64,000 nt of DNA from Tetramitus jugosus (taxonomy: Eukaryota; Protista; Heterolobosea), in contig OW569373.1 in assembly GCA_937625935.1 (NCBI GenBank), positions 248,001 to 312,000 of the forward strand. Reading direction: 5' to 3'. How positions within the stretch are numbered: position 1 is the stretch's first letter; every line of letters starts with the position of its first letter. Shown one piece after another: positions 11,819 through 21,339 of this stretch. The position numbers and the translations under genes were made by a program. The notes beneath the pieces are model-generated. The model had not been told where the DNA came from. It ran no database searches and worked only from the letters and a program-made list of their open reading frames with translations.

Positions 11819-12844
11819 ATGACGACTGCACAAGAGAATTCCGTGAAACTATCGAATAATGGTTCGAACAATCAAACCCAGTCAAAGATACCTTTAGTAC
11901 TTTTGGTGGTTCTCGTTTTACTGAATTTGTTTTTATTTTACGGCTTGAATGACGTGAGGGACATTGAAGACTCTCTTCCATTGTCCGTTTCAACTCTTAC
12001 GGCTCGTCACCATAACCAAAATGCTCAAAGAAGAATCTACTTTATTACTCCAACTTACGACAATTTAAACCAAAGAGCAGATTTGGTGAGATTGTCCAAT
12101 ACTCTTCGTTTTATTGATAATTTGATGTGGATTGTCGTAGAAGATGCAAAAACACCATCAAAGATCTTGAGAGATTACTTGGACTCGACTGGGATTCCTT
12201 ATGTACTACTCGCTGCAACAAACTACACAGAGAACTTACAGGGTCATCGAGGTTTAGTACAGAGAAATGTTGCGTTGAACTACATTGAACAGATATTGGT
12301 CAATGAAAAAGCATGTCCAAACGAGAAACAAGAAGGGGGATTGGATGCAAATGTGAGGAGTAGCGAACATTCTGGAATCATTTATTTTGGAGACGATGAC
12401 AATGCTTTTGATCTGAGACTCTTTGACGTGCTAAGAAGTATAAAGAGATATGCTGTTTTTAATGTTGGTCTCATCGGAGGTTCGAACTTTGAGGAAGGAT
12501 TTGAAGGTCCGATCACAGATGAAGCAGGACGTATCATTGGATTTAATTCTGGATTCAAAGGAAGAACTTATGGAGTAGATATGGCAGGTCTCGCATTTAC
12601 CACTGAAGAACTATGCAAGCATAAATTCACTCTTCGGTTCAATATGAACTGGAGAAGTGGCAAGCAAGAGGACAAGTTTTTGGTCAAAATATCTCCACTA
12701 GTGAAAGAAGCTGAAGTACCAACCAAACAGGTTTTAACCTTCCATACCAAATCCCTCAAAAATGAACAAATCAAAAGATACAATCCTGCTTGGACTGGTG
12801 ACGTAATGGCACCACTCGAGGAACAATTGCCACTGGGACAGTAA
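11819..12844 (+). CDS. Glycosyltransferase family 43 (beta-1,3-glucuronosyltransferase/B3GAT-like), type II membrane protein
   Basis: N-terminal TM; 'IYFITPTY..QRADLVRLSNTL..WIVVED', 'QRNVAL', 'IYFGDDDNAFDLRLF', 'VDMAGLA'. First ATG at 11819. Confidence 0.9.
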   Translation: MTTAQENSVKLSNNGSNNQTQSKIPLVLLVVLVLLNLFLFYGLNDVRDIEDSLPLSVSTLTARHHNQNAQRRIYFITPTYDNLNQRADLVRLSNTLRFIDNLMWIVVEDAKTPSKILRDYLDSTGIPYVLLAATNYTENLQGHRGLVQRNVALNYIEQILVNEKACPNEKQEGGLDANVRSSEHSGIIYFGDDDNAFDLRLFDVLRSIKRYAVFNVGLIGGSNFEEGFEGPITDEAGRIIGFNSGFKGRTYGVDMAGLAFTTEELCKHKFTLRFNMNWRSGKQEDKFLVKISPLVKEAEVPTKQVLTFHTKSLKNEQIKRYNPAWTGDVMAPLEEQLPLGQ

Positions 12845-13130
12845 ATAAAAATGTGTATCGAGTTATCTAATGCTGTATAGACTATTTGTGCAATTCGTCT
12901 AGGCAAGTCCTTAATCATCCAATATTTTCCTTTCAAGGACTTGATTTCCCTGCACTACTCCGTAGTCCCTCCTTCGAAGGACTAAAAATTTTGGGCAGAG
13001 CGAGTTTGGAGAAAAAGATGAGACTTGGGTGTCAAAAAATACATCATGAAGATAGAGAGAAGCAGATAATGATTATTTCGGATGATCCATATCCACCAAG
13101 CAAACCAAACACAACTAGTAACTTCATAAA

Positions 13131-14948
13131 ATGAAGAGAGATGGTATCGAAAGGTTCTTCACGAACCAAAACTTGAGAATTCTGTTGTACATGGTGCTCT
13201 TTCTCTTGGTTGGAAATTTTATTGCATTCATTTTAAGAGTATCACTATCCTATCAGAGTGATGACAGCAGGAAGTTCAAGTCAGAAACCACTGTTTCATC
13301 ACTACTATCCATTCGAAGAGTCATAGAGAAGTATCCACCCAATATTGATCAATTGGTGCTCATGGACAAGTTTTTTCATGCAACAGAGACCTTTAATATC
13401 CCAATCTTTTGCAGATATGGGGCCACAGTGACAGAACATGAAGAATCCAAACTTGAAGATGCAAAATTGTTGAAGATTTGGTACAACAGACCTCCTATAG
13501 ATGATCTGTATCATTGTGTGTGTCCATTCATAAAATACAATGGTCCCAACTGTTATTCAAGAGAGGAGGAGAAATTGATTGGCACAAGTTTGTTTGTTGA
13601 GGATCGTAGAGATTTATCACTAGATAGACTTGGTGCCGTTTCAAATTTGAAGAACAGTAACGAGAAACTTGATTTTGGAGTGAATCCAGTGATATGGTCA
13701 GCGACTCCTGTAGCGGCAGCCACTCATGTTAAGCTCAGTGAAGAACAAGTCAAAATGGAGATGTTGGAGAGGTATAGACTCATTAGAATGAAAAACAGCA
13801 CTTCAATTATCAGTAATGTGAATCAAGACTTGTACCTTCCTGCTAAAACGTTGCACCCTCAGGATTACTTGCCCATCGATAAAAAGTTTTACTCTCTTCT
13901 CGTTGAAGAGGGTCCCTGGATGTACAATGATATGGTGATACTCAGTCACTTACTAAAGTTCAACCAGGAACGACTCCTGGATGACAATGAAAGAGATACT
14001 CCCCAGATGATTCCAAGAAGTTGGATAGGAGGAGAAGACCTTCGCGACTCAACCAAGCTATTGTTCACCTTTATCATCGATAAGAAGATAAAGGATGAGT
14101 CAGAGTGGGAGGTTTTCGAACTGTTGGTGAAAAACTCTTATACCAAAGGCCATTACTATGTAATTAGTATCTCAAAGCATGTATACCAGTCTGTGATAGA
14201 TAGAATACTAGGGATAAAAAGAGAGAGAATCGGAGACGATGAGGACAATATTGTCATCATACCTGAATTGGATTCCATCAATGCTGACAATGATCCCAAG
14301 GCCATTGCATACATGAACATTTTGGCAGTTCTCCATGCCTACAATAAGGATTGGAAAGATTGGAGTTTCACCCTGAATCTCGCTACAGATCATGCTCTAA
14401 CACAAACCATCGACGAACTTGAGAAGCACCTGAGGGATTTCAAGCAGACCGATTTGTTTGTAGATGTTAAGGAGTTTGGCCGAGTGTCTAGAAACATGTT
14501 TGTTCAGCGATTCTACGAACAGCCCTTCAGACAAGGATATCCACAAGGGAATATGGCAATAATGACAGCAGCTGTTGGACATCCATTCTCAGTTGTTTCG
14601 AATGTCTTTTACAGAACACTGATCAGTAGTAAGATTGGTGTTGATATTCTTGTGTGGACAAGGTGGACAGCGAATCCATCAAGGATGTTCCTTGCCAGTC
14701 TTGTGACCACCTTAACGAGAACAGGTAGGAGAGCGTTGCCTCTAGTCGATGGAACGGTTATCCAGAAACCAATGTTTGACAATCAACAAGAAAAAGCAGG
14801 TCTCTTGTATCGAGGCAACTGGAAGGAGAATGGTCCAGTCGAAGATTTGACCTCTGATGATATACCCAAGATTAAGAAATCTTCTGACACATTCTTTGTA
14901 AGAGGAGTTAAGCAAAGCAAAATTGCAGAGTCCCTTCTCTCGGGGTAA
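13131..14948 (+). CDS. Divergent GT14 (core-2/I-branching/xylosyltransferase-like) type II membrane protein with an EGF-like Cys motif in the stem
   Basis: N-terminal TM; EGF-like 'CRYGA...CVCP..YNGPNC'; 'LLFTFII..LLVKNSYTKGHYYVISIS' and 'WSFTLNLATDHALTQTIDELEKHL' resemble the GT14 motifs LY.P.N.Y.IHVD and W.YFINLS..DYPL.T..EL. Confidence 0.55.
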   Translation: MKRDGIERFFTNQNLRILLYMVLFLLVGNFIAFILRVSLSYQSDDSRKFKSETTVSSLLSIRRVIEKYPPNIDQLVLMDKFFHATETFNIPIFCRYGATVTEHEESKLEDAKLLKIWYNRPPIDDLYHCVCPFIKYNGPNCYSREEEKLIGTSLFVEDRRDLSLDRLGAVSNLKNSNEKLDFGVNPVIWSATPVAAATHVKLSEEQVKMEMLERYRLIRMKNSTSIISNVNQDLYLPAKTLHPQDYLPIDKKFYSLLVEEGPWMYNDMVILSHLLKFNQERLLDDNERDTPQMIPRSWIGGEDLRDSTKLLFTFIIDKKIKDESEWEVFELLVKNSYTKGHYYVISISKHVYQSVIDRILGIKRERIGDDEDNIVIIPELDSINADNDPKAIAYMNILAVLHAYNKDWKDWSFTLNLATDHALTQTIDELEKHLRDFKQTDLFVDVKEFGRVSRNMFVQRFYEQPFRQGYPQGNMAIMTAAVGHPFSVVSNVFYRTLISSKIGVDILVWTRWTANPSRMFLASLVTTLTRTGRRALPLVDGTVIQKPMFDNQQEKAGLLYRGNWKENGPVEDLTSDDIPKIKKSSDTFFVRGVKQSKIAESLLSG

Positions 14949-14997
14949 GGAGTCGAACAAAGCTCCGCTTCCCTTGAAAATAAATAGAAAAAGCAAA

Positions 14998-17290
14998 ATG
15001 AGATCTTTTCCATCAAGTACCGGATTGCTTGTGTCAGTCTTGTTTTTGTTTGTTGTGATTCTCCATGCGTTGTCAGATGTGCCAAAAGGTGTGCAAAAAA
15101 CAGGTTCTTCTCTGCCATCAACTCCCACATTGGGCGTTTGTTACTATCCAGAGCAGTGGAGCAGCTCTCTGTGGTCATCTGATATCAAGAGAATGAAGCA
15201 GGTGGGGATTCGATATGTAAGATTGGGAGAGTTCATGTGGTCAGTGATTGAACCATCCTATCAAACATTCAATTGGACTGTGATTGATCGAGTGTTGGAT
15301 CTGATGAAGGAAGAGGGATCTATGAGGGCCATTATTGGTACACCGACAGCAACTCCACCCAAATGGTTGATAGATGCAGAAGGTGGAGATAATACATCTA
15401 GCTTGATATTACCCTGGTCTATTGAGAATCAGGTGAGAACGTTTGGGAGCAGGAGACACTACAAATTTTCTAGTGACGTGTACTTGAAACACAGTAGAAG
15501 GATCGTGGAGCAGATTGCTCGTCGTTACGGAAATCATCCGGTAGTGGCAGGATTTCAGTTGGACAATGAGTATGGTTGTCACTCAACAGTTAGAAGTTAT
15601 GATCGAGGGGATACTTTGAGCAAGTTTAGGAGTTGGTTGAAGAGGAAATATGGAAACGATGTTCGATTTTTGAATGAAAGATGGGGTAATTCGTTTTGGT
15701 CCATGGAGTACAAGTCATTCGAGGAAATTGACTTACCTAATCTCACTGTTACTGAGGCAAATCCTTCCCATTGGCTCGCTTTTTATCGATTTAGTTCCGA
15801 TCTAGTCGCTGAATACAGTGATTCTCAGACGCAAGTGTTGAGACAATACATCAACTCAGACAAATTCATCACCACTAACTTTATGGGCATGTTCTGGGAT
15901 ATGGATCATTTTGATTTGACAGAGAAAAGCAACTTGGACATTGCTAGTTGGGATTCATATCCGTTGGGATTTACCGATTCGTTTCATGTGTTTACAAACG
16001 ACGAGAAGATAATGTACGCAAAAACCGGTCATCCAGATATTTCTGCATTTCATCATGACTTATACTCGGGAGTAACTGGTAGAGGAATGAAGAGGGATCA
16101 ATTCATTGTAATGGAGGTAAGTATTGTTGATTCTTGAGGTCTAGTATCTTATACTAACACTTGATATATGTTGAACGAAGCAACAACCAGGGCCAGTGAA
16201 TTGGGCATCATACAATCCTTCTCCTCACCTAGGAATGGTTAGACTTTGGACATGGGAAGCCTTTTCTCATGGATCAAATCTTGTATCCTACTTTAGGTGG
16301 AGACAAGCACCTTTTGCTCAAGAACAGATGCACAGTGGCCTGAATCGTGTTGATAATAGTCCAGATGTAGCATACAATGAGGCTGCTCAAGTATTCCAAG
16401 AACTTCAAAAATTACCAGAGGGTGCTCTTGTCAATCCTCCCCAACGTGCGCCCATCGCTCTTCTACTTTCCTACCCTTCTAGTTGGGCTTTATCTATCCA
16501 ACCACAGGGGTCTGATTTCACTTATGATTCTATTGTCTTCAATTTCTATACAGTACTGCGCTCCCTTGGGTTGGACATTGATATACTGCGACCAGGAGCA
16601 GACCTTACCGGGTACCGAGCGGTATTCATTCCAACACTACCAATTGCTGATGAGTCAAACACAGCTGTTGAATCGTTGGAAAAGTATGTGCTCCAAAACA
16701 AGGATGTTGCCCTTGTCGTAGGACCAAGGACAGGCAGTAAAACTAGTGATTTGACATTTTCTACACCATTACCACCTGGTACAAGATTACAGAAGTTATT
16801 ATTGCCATTTAGTGTAGACAGAGTTGAATCATTTAGACCTGGCTCTCCATTGAGTGACAGGGTATCATATAGTGGAGTACAGTACAAACTTAATGTTTGG
16901 AAGGAATGGCTAAGGGTGTTACCAGGTCGTGAGAATGTGTCAATCAAGGCCACTTTCAGTGATGGTATGAAGTTGCCAGCAATCTTGGAAACAAAGATTG
17001 CAAATACTTCATCGACTGTTCAATACTTGGCTTTCTGGCCAAGTCAAGACTTTCTCATGGCCTATTTGGCCGATGTCCTAAACACTATCAGTGTTCCAAT
17101 CAAGAAGTTACCTACAGGGATCAGAATGCGCAATAGAGGGGAAGTCACCTTCTTGTTCAACTATCGTGATACACACATCGATGTCAAAGACCTGCTCCCA
17201 CCCAAATACCAAATTTTAGTGGGTGAGTCGACGACCACAACTGCAACTGACATGAAACCGCACAGCGTTTTGGCGTTCAGAAAACTGTAG
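14998..17290 (+). CDS. Glycoside hydrolase family 42 beta-galactosidase with N-terminal signal peptide (2 exons; intron 16117-16180)
   Basis: 'LGVCYYPEQW', 'GTPTATPPKWL', 'FQLDNEYGCH', 'WDSYPLG'. Splicing restores 'FIVME|QQPGPVNW'; then 'YFRWRQAPFAQEQMHSGL'. Confidence 0.93.
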
Positions 17291-17660
17291 CTGATAAAAT
17301 AAAAATCGAAAGAGACCTACCGTTACTTTGAATGAACAGTTTTCCGAGCTTGCTCATGCCCTGTCATGGAGTTCTTGCCCCAAAGAAGCGTCTATGGGTT
17401 CGAAAACCTCAGGGATTACTCGACCATGAACTCTCCCAGCTCGAATTGAATTATTTTGCTGAATTGAAGAGAATAAAGAACTTTGACAATCATAAGAAGG
17501 ACTCATTAGTGATGGTAGCTGTCCAAGAGACCGAGATGCCAGAGGATGAATCAATGGTTGACACACTAGTCACAGAAGAAACCATGATGGAAGAACCCTC
17601 ACATATCCACTAAGACTTACTGTGCTTTTTTATGCGTGTTTCTCTGTGTAAAATAGGCCG

Positions 17661-17703
17661 GTGGACACAGGTGTCCACTGTGACATCAACATAAGATGTC
17701 ACA
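17661..17703. repeat. Two adjacent perfect inverted repeats (tandem hairpins)
   Basis: GTGGACAC-ag-GTGTCCAC (17661-17678) immediately followed by TGTGACATC-aacataa-GATGTCACA (17679-17703). Confidence 0.85.
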
Positions 17704-17825
17704 AATGTTGTCGTATGGGGTGTTGGGTGAACAGAGTGTTATTGTATTGAGGGTAGATGCATGTGGGTCACATGAGATACCTTTATTAACATAATTGATC
17801 CAATGCACAACTGAATGAAGCAAGA

Positions 17826-20699
17826 TCACTTCTTCTTGGCCTTCTTTGGTAACTTGCTTGGAATATACTTGTACTTGTCCTGTACAGGATCCTTCTGCTT
17901 GTTCCCAGTACGCATCTTGACAATCTGGTGGTGATATCGATAGGCACACTCTGGATGCAGCCATACTCTGCAACTGGAACAGAAGAATGCTGTGTTTGAA
18001 TGAACACATTCACCAAACTTAATTGGTTTCGCAGTCTTTGTACGATGCTTACTCCACCCAGATGCACAGCAATGGCATTTACCAGTGTAAGTCCTACCAT
18101 TCTCCCTCTTTTTAACACACTTCATGATAAGATGCATCTTGCCCACATTCTGCACTGTCAAATGTTCTTTGGAACGTCCAATGGATGTCGCATACTGTTC
18201 CAGAACATTCTCTATGAACTGACGCTGTGTCATACTCTTCTTATCAGTAACTAATTTGAATAGTATGTATGCATTCACAATCGCCATCTTAATCAAAGCA
18301 AGGAATACAGCTTTCTTCCAGGAGATCTGTCTATGCGGACAGATCTTGTATGAACTACAATGTCTATCATATCTATCCACCCCTTGCATACCATAATTAT
18401 ATGTTACAACCATACGAGGCAGTTTCTTCCCTTTAGAAGTTTCAGCAGTATCTGAACCATACACATTACTCACAAAGTTACATACCTTCTTGTCATGCAA
18501 AGACAATGCAATGATGGTACTATCAGAGTTAGTTACCCAGTTGCTGTCACCCTTAGCCAAATTGTGGTTGTTGATCTTGTCCTTCCATAACTCTGTTGGA
18601 TGATCACTCTTGCAACAGAAAAGGAAATGGTGTCCAGCCTTATGTAACTCTGTTGCAAGAGCATAACTACCATAGTAACTGTCACCAATGTAAATATGAT
18701 ACTTACTTTGCTTTGGCAAGTTAACAAAATGTAGTACCACCTTCCTCGGTGTTAATTTCTCACTCTCCTTCTTCTTCTTATCCTTGTTGATCTTAACTAA
18801 CAACTTCAGAACATCCGAATTGGGATTATCACGCATACTCTGTACCCAGATGTCCAGATCGGTTTGGGTTGTATCAACATTCACAAAGATGTCATTGCTC
18901 ATTGGAACATTCTTCAATCTTAACTTGTTGTTCTCCCAATACACATGGGTGTCACTATCATATCTCTCTTTCCATTCATCACTGCACCATTCCTCAATCT
19001 TCACGTACGTGTGATCTGGTGGTGTAGTATTACTATCCTCTGCAACAGCGGTGGCAACAGACTTATCACCATCATACAATTCAACTTTAGAACCAGGTTT
19101 CATCTTGCCTTCCTGCTTCATTATCTCATGAAGATCATCCAGCTCCAAACATACAATACATTTCATTGCATCGTCTTCACCATACGGTACGCAGTGGTCT
19201 TCACAGAAGACATGATTACATGTGTCACACATATAGAGATCACATTGGCTGGCTCCACAGTCAGTTTGACTGCACCTACTGTCTTCTTCAATGAGCTTGT
19301 CTCGGATGTCTTCCAGGAAACGCTTTCTATAGAAGAAGAAGCTGTGGCAGTAACCTGTTTGGGCATCACATCCATTGAATGTCTTGACTCCTTCACCTGC
19401 TGGCTTATTGGGAATGTATTGCTTATAACAGTATCTACCAGTAAACCTGATCAAACCTTCATCAATTGAGTAATACATACCAGGTAAGTAGTAGTAGTCA
19501 AATGTAGAATTCAGAGCTGCCTCCATCAGGTCCAGATTGCAAGTGATAACTCCATTGGTCTTCCAATAATCATTGGAATTCATTCCAATACGCTTCAAAT
19601 AATCATTCCCATACAGATCTGAATCACTTAAGAATTGTAACTTGATAGATGGTTGAACGTTCAGAGAAGTTGCAAGATCGGCCATAAGCTTCTTCTGGAT
19701 GTCTTCCAAAGTTAACTTGAAGTCAAAGAAGCCAGCATCCTTTATCTTTCCAGCTCTCTTCTTCTGTTTTTGCTCAGCATTTCTACGCTCTTGCTTCTTC
19801 AAAGAGTCCTGCAAAATTCTCTCCATTAATAGTTGCGTCAGATATAAGTGGAGAAATTCTTTCTCAGTCTTGCACTCCTTTGGAATGTTTCTCGGTTGCC
19901 CCTTGAAGTTGAAGTTACTTGGATCAGAAGCAGATGTAAACACTCCCTTGTCCTTGCAATCTGTAATTGTGACATATTCGGATTTCTTCCCCTGTCTGTT
20001 GTTGCAGTTGTCCTTACAACTACATGCCTCTGTGCAATAGTGCTTGGACTTGACACACATGCAGTTCTTACATTCTGCATCTATACCACAACGTGTGCAT
20101 TTGTCGACTGGAACAAACTGTTTCTTCTTATTTGAGTCATCGGTCTTGGCTGCGATGGCAGGTGTAGGTGAATCAGATTGTGTTCCAGTTGCAGTACCAG
20201 ATGAAGCTATAGGATTAGATGTTCCAGGTGTTCCAGAGTTTCTTGGGGTAGCAGATTGTGTTGATCGAGACTTGTTTGCACTATTAGTTGCTGATGTGCT
20301 TGAAGTAACTCGTTGTGTTGAATCAGGGATGTCTTCATCATGAACCACTTCATAATCTTCATCACTGCCATCATCACTCTGATAGATATAATCATCATCG
20401 TTTGGTTCACTGTATGTCTCATCGTATTCCATCTCATCTTCAGGCAGTGATGCTAATATTTCCTCTTCATATTTATCAGCACCCAGTATGTCTAATACTT
20501 CATTCCCTACCGTATAGTATCTCGGCTTAATAGATCTCTTTGGTCTCTGTGATGAGTCAGAAGTGTTGCTGCTAGTGGAACTACTTGCATTTTGTACTCT
20601 CTTCTTATTTGAACTGCTACTTGAAGCTGACGCCTCTTTGTCAGATCGTTTGCGTTTGGCAAGCTGTGTCCTTCGATTCTTCTTTCCCTTCTTGGCCAT
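17826..20699 (-). CDS. piggyBac-family (DDE_Tnp_1_7) transposase with N-terminal CXC-like cluster, internal zinc-finger/Tudor-like insert and C-terminal Cys-rich domain
   Basis: Catalytic motifs 'YSIDEGLIRFTGR..KQYIPNKPAGEGVK', 'IGDSYYGS..LA', 'YNYGMQGVDRYD'; 'WKKAVFLALIKMAIVNAYILF'; C-terminal 'CHCC...TAFFCSSCRVWLHPECAYRYH'. First ATG at 20699. Confidence 0.92.
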   Translation of the reverse strand: MAKKGKKNRRTQLAKRKRSDKEASASSSSSNKKRVQNASSSTSSNTSDSSQRPKRSIKPRYYTVGNEVLDILGADKYEEEILASLPEDEMEYDETYSEPNDDDYIYQSDDGSDEDYEVVHDEDIPDSTQRVTSSTSATNSANKSRSTQSATPRNSGTPGTSNPIASSGTATGTQSDSPTPAIAAKTDDSNKKKQFVPVDKCTRCGIDAECKNCMCVKSKHYCTEACSCKDNCNNRQGKKSEYVTITDCKDKGVFTSASDPSNFNFKGQPRNIPKECKTEKEFLHLYLTQLLMERILQDSLKKQERRNAEQKQKKRAGKIKDAGFFDFKLTLEDIQKKLMADLATSLNVQPSIKLQFLSDSDLYGNDYLKRIGMNSNDYWKTNGVITCNLDLMEAALNSTFDYYYLPGMYYSIDEGLIRFTGRYCYKQYIPNKPAGEGVKTFNGCDAQTGYCHSFFFYRKRFLEDIRDKLIEEDSRCSQTDCGASQCDLYMCDTCNHVFCEDHCVPYGEDDAMKCIVCLELDDLHEIMKQEGKMKPGSKVELYDGDKSVATAVAEDSNTTPPDHTYVKIEEWCSDEWKERYDSDTHVYWENNKLRLKNVPMSNDIFVNVDTTQTDLDIWVQSMRDNPNSDVLKLLVKINKDKKKKESEKLTPRKVVLHFVNLPKQSKYHIYIGDSYYGSYALATELHKAGHHFLFCCKSDHPTELWKDKINNHNLAKGDSNWVTNSDSTIIALSLHDKKVCNFVSNVYGSDTAETSKGKKLPRMVVTYNYGMQGVDRYDRHCSSYKICPHRQISWKKAVFLALIKMAIVNAYILFKLVTDKKSMTQRQFIENVLEQYATSIGRSKEHLTVQNVGKMHLIMKCVKKRENGRTYTGKCHCCASGWSKHRTKTAKPIKFGECVHSNTAFFCSSCRVWLHPECAYRYHHQIVKMRTGNKQKDPVQDKYKYIPSKLPKKAKKK

Positions 20700-21339
20700 T
20701 ACCTTGTACAGAACGAGGGTTAGTGTCACAATTTATAATAGAGTGTATGTTGTAACTCCCACTGAATTCAATACTGAAGCAAACCTCTTAAAACACGCAG
20801 ATACATGCTTGAATGTGAACAGAGGAAGTTAGACAAGGAGCTTATGCATAGAACAAGAGATTGTCATCTCATTCAGCAAGACACCTCGAATGTCGGACAC
20901 CTATTGTGAGTAAGTGTGCACTCGCTCCAGTATTGAAACTAAGCCCAGCAACTTGTGTTGCAGATGTGAGACAGCTGAACGGTGAAAACGTATGATACGT
21001 CAATCTCCTGGCTGTGCATCTAGAATCTCTTACGAAACCTGGTGCCCGTACCACGAATGGCTGCAGTTAACGTTACCGATGTAGTGATGATGATACGTAC
21101 GCTATTTTGTTGTCTTCGTGCAATGTTGATGATGCTTGATGATGATGCGTGTTGTTTTTTTTTCTTCGGACTTGGGGAGAATTTTTCGATTTTGCAACAG
21201 AGCTACGGTGGATATATCAAATATCCACGAGCACACAATGATCAGCAGTGACTTTGACTCATCGAACAGTCAAATCCTCCTCGCGTCGCCTCAATGATCA
21301 ATTCTCCTCCTCAAACACAAAGAATAAAGCGCGCCAAAA

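Larger units (their letters stand above)
17327..21070 (-). mobile_element. Putative piggyBac-like element (boundaries uncertain)
   Basis: About 3.7 kb between GH42 and TMEM69 containing the transposase. TTAA at 21067-21070 and CGTTAC direct repeats at 17321-17326 and 21071-21076. No convincing TIR pair found by eye. Confidence 0.4.
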
